Shown: positions 12,811 to 26,289 of the stretch, piece after piece
Numbering within the stretch: position 1 is the stretch's first letter
How the letters are laid out: each line of letters opens with the position of its first letter
Assembly (NCBI GenBank): GCA_951406725.2
Contig: OX597838.1
Location: forward strand, 10,044,001-10,108,000
Direction of reading: 5' to 3'
Length of the DNA stretch: 64,000 nucleotides
Source of the DNA: Octopus vulgaris
Lineage: Eukaryota
Notes under the pieces: model-generated
What the model was told of the DNA's origin: nothing
Seen by the model: only the letters and a program-made list of their open reading frames with translations
Database searches by the model: none
Translations under genes and position numbers: made by a program

Positions 12811-14020
12811 ATTGTCCAAATTAGCAATAATCTTTCCAGTGGCACCAGATTTGATGCTTTTCAATGATTATTGTTTCTTCAACTTTACCCTTGCAATATC
12901 TGAGTGCCCTACAGCAAATTTGTTCTCTGTTTCTGGCTGTTTTGGATTAAGAGTATTGGTTGTGAATAATGTAGGGCCACTGAGCCATTGCAATAAGGTA
13001 GTGTCTGGGACTACATATAAATGAATTTGGCAGTGTATACCTAGAGTCTGTATAATGAGCATTGCCAGCAAGAATAGGTTCTGCCAAAGCTTTAAATAAA
13101 TCTGCTCTCAGTGTTGTCTGATTGTCACAAATGTTTTTGAGATGGTATGATTGTAGTTTACTAAATTGATCGAGGCAATTCTGTTGGAATATGTTGACCT
13201 AGATGTAATAAATTAGTTGATGCAACTCTTTTCATTAGGTGTTAGGAATAAAACTGCAGCTGAGATTTTCTGACTGTCCATTTTATTTAATATTCCAAGA
13301 TGCCATCCAGCTAAAGCCTTATGGGGAAAATACAGGAGTATGTCATTGGGTCATGAAATCTATGAAAGTCACTAAATGGTAGATTCTGTTGGCTCTTTGC
13401 TGCTCTAAATGTTTGTTACTATCATTCTTTCAGAATTATGTACTTAGTCTTCATTAGCATCTGATATTAGTATGGCAAGTCCATTGCAAGTTAGTAAGTT
13501 CTTTCTCCTAGAACGTACATCAGGCTTCTTATTGGCATGCAAACCTATTTCTACGTCCACTGGAATCTTTCCAGCATCAGTTTGTTACTAATAAATATAC
13601 TATGACTGCTGCCATCAGACGTAACTCAATGAGTTTTTCAAAACTTATTTACATCAGGAATCTGGCTATTATTGTTTCCAAGTGCTCTTTCCGTGAGTTG
13701 TCCATAAAGATACATTTGTAACCAGGACAGTAATACCCTATTTGGTTCCTTGCAGTTCCAGTAAATCAGAAGACAATTCCATGTATTCCGTAATTAGCTA
13801 TTCTTATTATTATTATTATTATTACTGTTACAGTGTCTACTTTCATGGAGGGTGTGATCATTGTTGCTGTTAAACTTTGTTACTTGTAAAACTCTTTGCT
13901 TCAGGTGTATAATTTGAGAAAAAGTAATTTAGTTTGTCAGGTATTACAGAAACATTTGTAGCATAAACCAAAAGAGGGATTTTTCAATATGCCCTCTGAT
14001 TGTCCACAAAGAAACATTAA

Positions 14021-14242
14021 CCCTTTCGTTACCAACCCGGCTGAAACCGGCTCTGGTTCTATAGTACAAATGTCGTGTTTTCATAAGTTTTGAATTAAAA
14101 TCTTCCACCAAACCATAGTCGCAATTAATGTCCCTAACACTAGCTGAATGATATCTAAGTTATTTCACTAAATTCTTTGTTATATTTAAAATTAATTGAA
14201 AGAAACACGGAGCATCTCAACAGAAATATGGTAACAAAAGGG
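14021..14242. mobile_element. MITE family 1
   Basis: TTAA TSDs, TIRs and interior as at 3609. Confidence 0.9.
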
Positions 14243-15095
14243 TTAATGATATTTTATTTCCATGAGACAACAACTATAAATGAAGTTCTCAACATTAATT
14301 CATAGAAACCCATCAGTATCATGGCATCTAGCCATAATTATGTGTAAATCTTGCATCATTTCAAAAGTACCTTCTGCATTGAATAGAATCTTAAGGTAAA
14401 ATTTGCTCACATTATGGGAAGTTGTTATCCGGAAATTCCGTGCTGGAGCATTTCCATGTTCCTCAACATGAAATTTCTTGTCTTTGTTTCCATGAGTATC
14501 TCTGAAGTTATCATGCAGCATCTATTTCCTGAAGAGATTGCCTTTGTATCTGATTAATTCTCAATCTGTATGATAATTTATAAGTTCAAAACATATCTAG
14601 ATTATAGGCTTCTGGAATTTGGAAGCAATTTTTTTTTAAAATAGTGGAAACTAATTTGGCAATATTTGAGTTAAGATATTACTACTTATAGGGTAATCTG
14701 ACAACCTGCTGAATTTTTTTTTCTAGCTATGCCAGTGGCTATAATCATAGGTTTGAAATATTCCGTAGTAGTTGTTCATTTTTGTTGTTGCAGATATACA
14801 CCTACAAACACACACATGTGGTGTGTAGGTGCAGGCATTGGTTATGGTAAAGAAGTTTGCTTTAGGTTAGGTCCCACTGTGTGTCATCTTGGGTAAGTGT
14901 CTTCTATGATAACCTGATCAACCGATGCTATGTGACAGTTTGATTGGAGGCAACTAAGAAATTCGTTGTGTGTGCACATGAATGTCATGTATATTGAATT
15001 GTGACCATTCGCTCTGCATTTTTAAAGATCTGTGACATAAAAGGTATGCCCTATTTGAAAAAACAGGTATGGGTTGGTACCAGGAAGGACATTAA

Positions 15096-15316
15096 ACCTT
15101 TCGTTACCGTATTTATTTTGAGATGTTCTGTGTTTCTTTCAATTGATTTTAAATATAACAAAGAATTTAGTAAAATAACTTAGTTATCATTCAGCTAGTG
15201 TTAGGAACATAAATTGTGACTAAAGTTTGGTGGAAGATTTTAATTCAAAACCTATGAAAACAAGACATTTGTACTCAGGGCCAGAAGCAGTTTCAGCCAG
15301 GTTGGTAACGAAAGGG
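15096..15316. mobile_element. MITE family 1 (opposite orientation)
   Basis: TTAA TSDs and TIRs; reverse complement of 14021-14242. Confidence 0.9.
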
Positions 15317-16399
15317 TTAAATAAATCTCTGTCCATTGTCATTGTAGCATGGAAGAAAGATGTTGACTAAACAAATGATACATGCTCTCTTTGTTATACC
15401 CCTTTAAATGAAGTGTGCATTGGATATACATACAGTCACATATACATACCTACATGCATACATGCATGTGTTTATTGCATTTACTGTGCATATTACTGAA
15501 GTCTCTTGATGTTTTGGAGTGTTTAGTTCTGCTTGTATATGTTGCTCCCTATATTCCTGCTATAGCTGTGCTTGGCTTTTGAACTAAGGTATCGACTATT
15601 GTGGGGATCTTACTGTTGCATGCAACATGTGTTAGCTACTCTAATTATGGTTCTTGATTTTTCTTTATGCTGGTTATAATTTTAATCAACACATGTAATC
15701 AACAGTGGTGGTTATAAGTGAATAGATTTAATAAGCAATAGTTTATATCCTTTTATTACATGATTTGGGATTTCCTCAGCATCACAATTTGGACACATGT
15801 CCTCTACAATAAACTCTGTCCAACTAAAGCCTCATGAGTGGATTTGGTCAAAAGAAAACTGAAAGAAACCCAATGTGTTTGTTTGTATCTCTTTGCCTTG
15901 GTGATGGTTGTAAACAAGCATCACCATGTCCGGTGTTTCCAATTTTCTGTGGAGACATTTTGGCTGTGGGAAACTATTACCTTGCCTCCAGACAGGTAAG
16001 GGTTCATGACAGGAAGGAAATCGAGTCATAAAAAATAAAAAAAATCTGCCTGAATAGATTCTGTCTGACTCCAGCATAGAAAAATGGATGTTAAATTGAA
16101 GATAGTAATTTTATATGTTATATCATTTATGTATTGTCATCATCGTTTTAACATTTAATTTTTCATGTTTGCATGAGTCAGGTAAAATTCATTGGAAGAT
16201 TTTCTAGTTGGATGCCCTTCCTGCCACCAACCCTAGCCTGTTTTCAAATTAGGTAATATTTCCCCTAGTCTTTTGAACATAAATAGCATGTGATTTCATA
16301 GAAGATTGTCAATAAATGGTACTGCTTGTGTGCCAGTAACATTCATTCATGAGCAGTGCATAATATGAAAACAAAGTGACACACACACACACACTCTCA

Positions 16400-16446
<47 letters not shown>

Positions 16447-17089
16447 TGCTGGAGCTTTTTTTGTCTTTCCACCTACTAAATTCACTCACAAGGTTTTGAG
16501 TGTCCAAAAGATCGTTCTTCTAATGTTCTATTGATTTACTATAAACTACATGACATCATCATAGGCCTCAGACTTTTCTTGTCGGAATGAGCATGCAACG
16601 ACAAGCGGTGGCAGATGACACACAAGATAAGTGCAAGGGAAGCAACATGAGCTTTTACACCCTTTTCGTTGTAATATCTTAGCATTTTTTCCAACAAAAA
16701 TGCCACAAAGACAATTTTTTCCAATTAAGAGCCGATAACAAAATAGCTTTTGATGCTAATAAATACTTATAGGCTTAGATTAAATTTCTGTCAATTCGCA
16801 ATACCTAAGATATTTATAATCTTACATTATGTTATACTTACATAGGATGAGGGAAGCAAGATGACATCCTGCTTCCATAAGAAAAACACTGAAAAGATAA
16901 CATGTGCCTAGGTTTCTGTGTTTATACATTTTCAAATTACAGAACACTCTTAATATAAAGTGTGTTTTTTTTTTTTTCAACTTAAAATTAGCTGCATAAT
17001 GTGAACGTCTCAATTTCATTCAAATATCTATGTGACAGAAAATTTTGGTCATTGCTTCTCCAGCCAGAAATATCACCACACACTGCTGA

Positions 17090-17233
17090 TGTGTGTGTGT
17101 ATATGTTTGTATGTATATATATATATGTATGTGTATATATATATGTATGTGTATATACATATGTATGTACATATGTATGTGTATATGTATGTATGTGTAT
17201 ATACATATGTATATATATATGTACATATATATG

Positions 17234-17272
<39 letters not shown>

Positions 17273-17308
17273 ATATATAAATACGTGTGTATATATATAT
17301 ATAAATAC

Positions 17309-17340
<32 letters not shown>

Positions 17341-17424
17341 GTTTATGTGTGTGTATATATGTGTGTGTGTGTGTGTGTATGTACATATATGTATGCATAT
17401 GTGCGTGTGTGTGTGTATATATAT
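17090..17424. repeat. Compound (TA)/(TG)/(TATG) microsatellite
   Basis: Alternating purine-pyrimidine tract; source of the spurious Y/I/C/V/H ORFs. Confidence 0.97.
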
Positions 17425-18049
17425 AAGATTCCACCGTAGAGGAAGATCCTCATGAGAGATGACGGATGGCAATGGCCTTCTTGCATTGTGCGAAAAAAAC
17501 AGCCTCAGTATGCCAGATACCTGCAATAATTGCAAATGTAGAAGCTGACATTGCTGTCCTGAATTTACCAAAAGGAATTAGTAAATGCTTCAAAGTAGGT
17601 GAATTATCTACCATCCTGTTATTTCATATTTATTCTTGTTTTTTGAAATGGACTTTGGATTTCTAAGTTTTCAACATGAGACTGTCCATGTTAAACGTCA
17701 TTACATCTTGTCATCTATATATTTGTTCTGGTTTTGTTTAACTCTTGTCAAAAGAAAGCTATGCAGATAATGCCAGATTCATTTAAGACAGTGTGAATAA
17801 ATCCACATTACATTTGACAGACTAATCTGAATGTTAAAAGTGTTACCTGATAATGTTTTTTAAACATCTCAGATATTTTTCTTTTTTACCTTAAGGGTCT
17901 TCTTTTTTTTCTCAAAGTCTTCACATTTTTTAGTTTAAACACTGGAGATAACATGTTATATGTCATTGTAATATATTATGTACATCTTGTAAAATATATA
18001 CATATGTTTTAGTCTTGTTCAACACTTGTTATAAGTGCAGTCATATATT

Positions 18050-19110
18050 TCTAAATTTTTCATCTCCTTTTTGACCAGACTTATCAGATGTCCTTACAAG
18101 TTGCTGGTCGCAATGCATTTCCACTCTTCCTTTCCTTTTCCATTTTGGACTGAATTGTTTGATTCCTCTTCCCATCTTCTAAGTAGTTTCTTCCTAACAG
18201 CATGGGTCTACCTGTTGTCTGTGAGCCTTGAGATATGTCCAACCCAGTAAAACTTGTGTTTTCAGTATTCTGCAATCACACCTCTCATTCCTTTCTGTTC
18301 TAAAATTACTTTGCTTTTTGGATAGACTCCCACAGTGATATTCATATGCATCAATCCTTCCATGGCCCTCTGTATCGTAGCCAGTCACTGGTTGTTAACT
18401 GACATTTCGTCAGTCACAATAACAGGTGTTCCAGTTGATCCAATCAACAGAACAGCCTGCTCACAAAATTAACATGCAAGTGGCTGAATGCTCTAGACAC
18501 GCATACCCTTAATGTAGTTCTTAGGGAGATTCAGTGACTCAGAATGTGACAAGGCTGGCCCTTTGAATGCCAGGTAAGTGGACTGGAGCAACAGAAAATA
18601 AAGTGTCTTGCTCAAGGACACAACACACCATCAGGATTCATATTCATGAGCTGAATAAGTGACACACCTTCACTTCCTTCTTTAGGACAGAGCTACTGAA
18701 CAGATTGGTACACACAGTCTTGTCCAGCTGTACTTTGGACACATCTCTAACTGAAGGAAACACCTTCCACTCTTATTCTGCCTGAGGTTTTGGTGTTTGT
18801 GTCTTAGTATGTTTCCTTTCTGTCCTCAGCACATGTACTCTTTTGCCTCCTCACTGTCATCACTTCCCACCTCCTCTATTCAGCCTTTTACTATGTTCTC
18901 AGGTTGCATCTGTTTTGCTTTCATTTTTGAGACCTATTTGCTTGAATTCTCAGCATGCAGCTCTATCAGCATGGCCTGCAGTTGATCCGAGTTTTCTGTG
19001 ATGACATCATCTGTGAAACAAAGATGTTTTAGTAACACACCACTGCTGACCATTTTAAGCATGCAGTGAAGAGTCTTGGGGAAATTGTAACCCCTTGACT
19101 AGAACTCACA
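18050..19110 (-). mobile_element. Decayed RTE-like LINE RT/C-terminal fragment
   Basis: The reverse strand reads QGVTISPRLFTAC and LKHLCFTDDVI...QLQAMLIEL (decayed FADD motif). Confidence 0.7.
18410..18675 (-). mobile_element. Third SINE family (CORE-like GTGTCCTTGAGCAAGACAC) nested in an RTE remnant
   Basis: AAGTGTCTTGCTCAAGGACACAACAC on the + strand; it interrupts RT-like sequence on both sides. Confidence 0.6.
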
Positions 19111-20322
19111 TGGTTGAAAATTCTCTTCTGGAAGTTTTAAATAAAAGAAAAAAAATCATATTTTGTTTACTTCCAGTAACATCTGAGTTTAGAATATTGC
19201 TTCTTGTTGTAATAGTGCATCTCTTGTTGTAAATCAGTACATCTTTTTTTCTTCTTTTTCTTCTCAAAAATCAATTTAATTTTGATAACATTGAGAATTT
19301 TTAAAAACCCTTCTCTAAGTTTAAGATGGTCTTTTGTTGTTGTATTTTTTAAGACAACTTGTTTTATGCTTTGAACATCAAGATATAGGATCTGACATTT
19401 TTAAGATAAATTTTTTAAATTATGCAATATTTAAAAATCCTTTAATAATAAAGCAACATTTTAAATAATGTGTGTGCTTGTGTAAAGATTTTTAAGTATA
19501 CAATATATTGATTGGGTGGTCACAGATGGAACATCTTTGTGTTATTACCTATTATCACAGGTTATTCAATGTTAAATAAAATTTTAGGAAGTTCATATTC
19601 TTGAAGCAACCTGTCTTATATAGCTTGCGAAAGATATGTCAATGAGTGCAAATTACAATTACAATTTTAATCTTTTATTTTTAACAAGATTTAGCTGTTA
19701 AGAGGGTACGTACATTCTTTTTGTACCCTACTTCTATCGCTTTGATTTCTTTTTTTTTTTTTTTTAATTGTATGTTCTGACCTATCCCTGATATATATCA
19801 TTGTCATCATCATCATTCTGAAGTTCATTTTTGCTTGCTAAATTCAATAAGCAAATTTTCTATGGCCAGATGCTCTTCCTGTCACTAATTTTCACTGTTT
19901 CCAGTCTAGGTAATATTTTCCCCTAGTATGGAATTGTTTACATGGAAACTTGCAAACAAACAACACTACACATATAACAGTGACATTTGTTTACAATTAG
20001 TGCATGATGACATAAGGAGGGACACACACACACACATGTGCATGATGAACTTCTTTGAGTTTTTAATCAACCAAATTCACTTGCAAAACATATATTTCCC
20101 TGACCATTTTGTGTGTAAAATTTATGGGTGTTAACTACTTGCGGATATGTGGGAATTTCAAAATGTTTCTTCTCCTCCAGAATTGTTATCCCCTTTCTGT
20201 AAAAATACAATGAAGAAAATCAATTTTGAAAGTAGTTCAAAAATGAAAAACTTACAAGTAGAGTTTTAGGGTGAAATTAATTAAAATGTGTGAAAAAATT
20301 TGTTGCTGATTCAGAGCATCCT

Positions 20323-20777
20323 GGACTTAACCAAAATTTTTTGTAAACAAACAGTAGACTGTCTGATATATTCTGATTTTTTAATATACAAGAAAAATAG
20401 GTGTCATGTAGACGCACAAATATAGTTAGACATGACCACAGCTTTCCGAGTAAGACCTAAATCTTTTACCTAAAACCTAACTCCACTACCTAATTCGTAA
20501 CCCGAAATGCAACCCTAACTCTAAAGTTTAAACCCTAATCTTAATCCTTATGTGCTAATCCTAATCTCTCCTTTAACTCATCCTAATCTCTGACTCTAAC
20601 CCTTGGATTTTACCTCTAAACCCTAATCCCTAACTCTTAGCCCTAAACCCAACCCTAATCCTATGCTCCAACCCTAACCCTAACTGAACCCCAAACTAAT
20701 GCACTAAATTTTATTAAATATTGCTGCAACATTAGTCAGACTGTCTACTTTTTGTTTGCAAATTTTTGCTTCAGGCC
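20323..20777. mobile_element. TIR-bounded non-autonomous element containing degenerate (CCCTAA)n
   Basis: The left end GGACTTAACCAAAATTTTTTGTAAACAAACAGTAGACTGTCTGA is the imperfect reverse complement of the right end TCAGACTGTCTACTTTTTGTTTGCAAATTTTTGCTTCAGGCC. The interior 20455-20700 is rich in CCTAA/CCCTAA. Confidence 0.7.
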
Positions 20778-21124
20778 ATAAAGTTCAGGATTCCCAATCT
20801 TTGCTATTTAAGACAAAAATAAAAAATGTTCAAATGAAAAATAAGAATCTAAAAAGTTAGAGTTGTGGTTCTCATTCCAAAACTCTGTTGTTATTGAATG
20901 ATTTTTTTTTTTTGCTTAACCTTTGGCATGCTTAGGCGCATCATGTCACTGTATGAGTTACCCTCCTGTAGCTTCCAGTACATTGTGTCATATTGAGAGA
21001 GGAGGAAACTCCTAGGGTGTCAGTATGCCTACAGCATGCTAAAGGTCAATGATTTGCACTTCCCTTATATGAAATTCCTTTAATTTACTGTAAATGATGG
21101 TGAGGGAACAAAATTGCTGAAATT

Positions 21125-21305
21125 GTCCGGCAGGTGGATGTCTCCGGGATCGTTCGGCAGGATGCCCGAGACGTCAGCCTAAGACGCCGTCAGCCCGGCG
21201 GGTGGCCGCCGCCTTCATGCCACCCTTCATTCTCCGTTTAAAATGGCGGTGCCCCAGCATGGCCACAGCTCATGAGCTGAAACTGGAAAAATCAAATTCA
21301 AAATC
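21125..21305 (+). mobile_element. CpG-rich, 5'-truncated retroelement 3' end sharing the SINE-A tail
   Basis: GGCGGTGCCCCAGCATGGCCACAG...CTGAAAC matches the SINE-A tail, but the upstream 120 bp are unrelated to the SINE; short AAAATC repeats at the end. Confidence 0.6.
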
Positions 21306-23229
21306 ATTTGTGTAAACTTCTTGTATCATAGACCCTTTCATGGAATTGTGGATAACTTGTTGACCTCCATGTACATTTCTAAAATACAATTCAAAAGTAT
21401 TTGATAAAAAAAAAATTCTCAATTTAAAAGCAATAATTTGTTCATTCTGTGTTGTTACTCCTTTTTAATAAGAAATATTTAAAGAAATTTAATATAAACA
21501 CATAACAAAATTGATAAAAAAAAAACAATTCAGTCATATTATATAGATATAGTGGAAATATTTAGTGTGAGATATTTGTTTGGTGAATACTAGTTATTGC
21601 ATTGATATTTCATTGAAAATTAGTGTAAATTACATTAAATTGAAAATTGCTAGGCAACTGAAATCATTACTGTATATGAGTAACGAATGCCTACTGAGAT
21701 TGACTATTTCTATTACAATATCTTTATGAAAATTGTGTGTCCTTGTCCTTAACTGGCTCACCAATCAGAGCCAGTTGGTGTTACAGGTTTACTAGGTGTA
21801 TGCTGATGATGTGATATCTGCTAAGGTATTTAACTCCTTAGCATTTAAACTGGCTGCATCTGGACAAAATTATTTTCCACCTGTTTTATTTTCAAACCAA
21901 TCAGATTCTATCACTCGCACCTAACTTGCAAAGTCATTTTAAAGATAAATGATTGCATCATCAAAATCTTGAAGCTACAAAGCTAATGCAGGGTTTAGCT
22001 CAAAACAATCTTATGATAATTTTGCTTGTTACTCCGTTGCTTAACCCATCTGTAATGCTTCCACGTGATTGGTTGGGGATGGGGGGGGTCAAGTGTGTAA
22101 TTCTTTTTTTTTTTTAACTAAGATTTTTTTCTTTCACTACTTAGCCTGTCTGTGATGCCTTCATGTGATTAGTTAAAGGGAAAATCAAAGAGCAAAAGAA
22201 AAAGGAGAGAGAAAAAGAGGGTGAGGCAAAGAGGGAGAGTGCTGTGTATTAAGTCTATAAAATTGTGTATAAAATATATAAAAGTGCATTACATAATCAT
22301 TGTATTCCAATTTTCTTCACTTTTCAAAGATTAGCAGGTGAGCGACTATCTTTTGATACAGACACAACACAGGCTACACTTGCAGGATTTTTGGATAACG
22401 TTTTCAGAAATAACCCAATAAGTTTACCATTAATTTCATGAAATATTCACAAGTCCCGTTAATGGGAATAAATAAGCATTACATTTGACAGAATAATCAA
22501 TGTTAAATAGCTAAATTGAATCATATACTTACTTAAAAAAATAGTTCACTAATAATTCATCACTCTTAATACCCAAAATTATTTCAAAGGGTGTTTATCA
22601 ATCCCTTGTATAGCTGCATAGACATTCCCTTCCCAGTAGTGACCCTTCACTGAACCCCTAGCCACATAGGAACACCCACTCCCTCAAGGGTCAATATCGA
22701 CTCACTTTGCCGACTCTTGGTTTAAAATAAGCATTGCCAAAGCATTATTTTAATTATTGTAGGTATCATTGATTAATTGGATAATTTTTATTATTTTACC
22801 TGGCAATGGAGGTGTTCGCTGCTAGTAATTGCAGCCAAATATCCTATATAACTACACACTCCTATCTTAATAGTGATGGACAGTAGCAAAATGATCTGCT
22901 ACAATCCATCCACCCATATTAATCAACAACAGCACTCTAATCTTGAACAACCCCGTGATAATTCAACACAACAAAACACGCACACACACACACAAGGGAC
23001 AGAAAATTAGTGCTTATAACAACCAACCTACAATGAAAAGAAAACAAAAGTTGGAGACAGGAAGTAGACATACTCATCATTAGGAGTGGTAGTTTCAAAA
23101 GTATTTTGCAGGGCTTCATATCTGTTTCTTAATGTCATTGCAAATTGATCGCATTATCAGGATTTTCTAGAGATGACCAGTCATAGCATTTATGTTTGGT
23201 TTCAGGCTTTTTATTTGAATTTTAACTGA

Positions 23230-23900
23230 TACTGTTCAGAGGAATCATTATTAAGCGTATCAGATGCCATGCAGTTCATGGCACTGTTTGCCCATTTTTT
23301 GTTAATGAATATGGAGTCTAACTGTACTTTTGTACCACTCGGGTATGTGATTGTCTACTGCTTTCCAGGCTTGCTTTTGATATCTTGTATTAAGTCAGAT
23401 GGGTCCATTTTTGGATGTGAATTCATGCAGATATCCTCCATTTCAATTTCTTTTTTCATGAAAGCTGTATTTGTATTCATCCTTTGCAAGGGGAGCATAT
23501 CTCCTATAAGCATGACATTATAACAAGGTATTTGTCTCACAAGATAAAAGAGTTCAAGGTAGAACTTGACAACCTCTGCTTCATCAGAAACATTTGTCGA
23601 GTAGTAGCAAGATATAACAGTGGTGTGTGGGTGGATCTTTTCAATAGTGTTCAGTGAGTCAAAAGCATGGGGACTAAGTAACATTCCTACACCTCCCAGT
23701 GTACAGTTGTTAGGGCCATTTCATGCTGAAGCAGAGATAAAGGCCCACCCATTTCCAGTATGATGCTATTTTAGTTTGAGATTGCTGTGAAGAAAACGAT
23801 GTTCTCGTATACAAATTATACTTATATATTTTGGTTTGACAGCAGATGCAGTGAGTTCTGGCAACTGATTTATGGGGTTTAATGTTTAGACATTGAAGGT
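23230..23900 (-). mobile_element. LINE AP-endonuclease fragment (RTE-like)
   Basis: GVGMLLSP...TTVISCYYST...KFYLEL...VMLIGDM matches the APE motifs GVG, xYAPT, FYxxL and GDFN. Confidence 0.75.
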
Positions 23901-25663
23901 GCAAATGTTGCAATACTTTTTACGTTTCAAAGTTTGGTTTTGAGTTTGGATTTTTTACTGACCTTTTTATTGCTGTAACAACAGTAAATATACTTTTAGT
24001 ATTTTTCTTTTCAACATAAGTAATACTAAGATCACATTGCTATTAAATATTTACCTATCAACTTGCTTTGCTTCACTTTAATTTGGTATGTGACAGTATT
24101 TGATTATGTAACTATATTATATATAAACAAACAATATACTTCTTTTTGCTTGGTTTGCATCAAAAGGCTAACAATAATGTGAATGAGATGGGCTTAATTT
24201 TTCACTACACATAAATATAGATTGGCTAACAATATTTACAATGACATTGTGTTTAGTAACAAATACTAATTGTATCAAAAAGGTGTTGAAGTGTGTGTGT
24301 ACACAAAAAATTATTGGCAGTATTTAGGCAATAATTTTTATTCTTTTCTAAATGCAAGTTCTTTTAACATAATTCATCAGACAGCACTATTTTCCAATGT
24401 ACTTCTCGCATGCATGCCATAACATATACCTATGCATATACCCTATAGAAATATATGGATACAATGATATTAAATTAAAGTAAAATTAGCTCTTGAGCAT
24501 ACTGTGTTTGCACAAGTGTGTGTGGCTGGCTAGATACATGATGTGTCTTTGTCTTGGTATATTCATCTGTTCTGGGTATTTTCATAACTATTCCCATGTA
24601 ACTGATAGCCTTATGCTGCTGGTCACAGAGGGACTCTATTTTTAACACTGCCTGATGAGAGATTCAGTTCCTGAAACAGAAAGTTCTATAATGGAAGACT
24701 TGCTACAAGGTAAAATCATGTACCTTCTATATATTGAATATCAGAAGTTGAATCTTTCCCCTATATTCTTTCTCTACATGCAAGCTTAATGTTCATAATT
24801 TATAGGAACATTAGTTATGCATTTTGAGTGGAAAATATCTCATTAAAGACTTAATATGTATCATGTGTCTTGTCATTGAGTATGTATTATATAGAGTAGT
24901 CTAGCACCTAGCAAAAATGATGGGCTTTATTTTGGGTAAAGAATACATTGTGCAAAGAAATTTTCCATAATACTCATTGTTGAATATACAGTGCCCTACA
25001 TTGCTGGCATTGGGCTTCAGCAATAAATGACAAAAAGTAGAAGAATATGGAGAATGTCTCATCATGGATAAGAGAAAAGCATTTGGAAGAATAGATTTAG
25101 CTGAGATTGAAGACCAAATCACCATTAGTCAGATATTATATCTTTATTTTATGTCCTGCTGTGTTGTGAATGGGGTTAGTGGTTTTGGACAGACCTGTGA
25201 ATAGTGTTATGTATATATATATATATACATATATACTATTAATATTTAGTAGAAGCAAAGAGTTTTGTGCAGTGGCACTTATCAAACCTGTGTGTGTGAC
25301 ATTTCCTTCCTTTTTTACCATTATCATATTTTTTGTAACATTTGCTCGCCCTCTCTGTCTGTCTCTCTCTCTCTCACTATATTGATTAAACCTCGCCAAG
25401 TTAAATATTTAAACCACCTGAAGAATGACTGTAACTCGAAAATTTTAAGAATTGGACAGCCATGAAACGATCGTAGTGTTATATTAATTATCTTTTTTAA
25501 TAATTTTGATATATATTTAAATAATATAAATTAATTAATCTTATGTATTGGCTTAAGTTTTTCATTGTATGATTTGCCTAACAGTGGTTTTATTTCTAAT
25601 TTAATATAATATAATATATATATATATTAGTGCCTGTGTGTATAGTGTATGTATACACACTCA

Positions 25664-26270
25664 CGAGCAGAATACCCAGTGTCCGTCCACCCAGCATTTC
25701 CTCAGCTGAAATGTAGCTGTAAATGGCTCAGAATCTGTTTTTCTTCTTCTTTAATGAAGGCACAAATCAATACCATTGAATCTGGGATTTCTTTTGGAAA
25801 GCTAGTGTTTAACACAGGATTAAATAAATGTAAAAACCTTTTATTCTTGAGATTAAATTTTTTTTTTTTTTTTTATAATTTAAAACCTGCTTGGAAATTG
25901 GAGTGTTTGGAGGTAACCACTTTAGGAAACATCATTCTGATAACCTTTGCAACTGCCAAACATTCCATACTAAAGAAGTGTTGTGATGCACTCTGTTTGT
26001 CAGTAGATCTATATCCATCATAAACTTGGAAATTTAGAACATTATCATGTCATTAATTCACGATAACATTTTCTGCTTTACTGACAATCGCTTCCCACTG
26101 ACTCTTGAGCTTCTTACATAGAATTGGTCATTAGCAAAGCAGTACTCCTTAAGATGTTGCCTAGCAGCTGCCAATGTTTGCCCTTGAGATTTAATGATTG
26201 ACAAGGACAAAGCTTAGGTGTTCTGGAAACAGAAGTTTCCTAAATTGAAAACACACATCTCTTTAGTAGA
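25664..26270 (-). mobile_element. Second Helitron remnant: helicase C-terminus and probable 3' end
   Basis: The reverse strand reads FQFRKLLFP...SIIKSQGQTL...CFANDQFYVRSSRV (cf. PIF1 TINKSQGQTL...FSHGQLYVALSRV). A GC-rich segment ending GGGTATTCTGCTCG|T near 25664 resembles a decayed CTRR|T terminus. Confidence 0.65.
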
Positions 26271-26289
26271 AGTGGAATTCTCAGTCATT

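Larger units (their letters stand above)
11630..13790 (-). mobile_element. Decayed Helitron Rep-Helicase remnant with an internal foreign insert
   Basis: Rep-side motifs SDFHRFHDPMTY, NQTTLRADLFKAL, LPNSFICSPRH and GPTLFTTNTLNPKQPET (12850-13400). PIF1-like motifs FFDELSGTRNAFLLKLLL, AAFSGIFATTLSDGKTAHS and IMLNEYTMSHEVNFEALNQIL (11630-12100). Confidence 0.8.

Noticed and set aside
16988-17571. Overlapping Y/I/H/C/V-rich ORFs (also 32970-33510)
   Set aside because: Dinucleotide microsatellite artefacts.
24645-24700. Hammerhead-ribozyme-like CTGATGA...GAAAC (Penelope-type)
   Set aside because: Core boxes are present, but I could not form helix I or a clean helix II; at most a decayed relic. 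An Infernal search would settle it.
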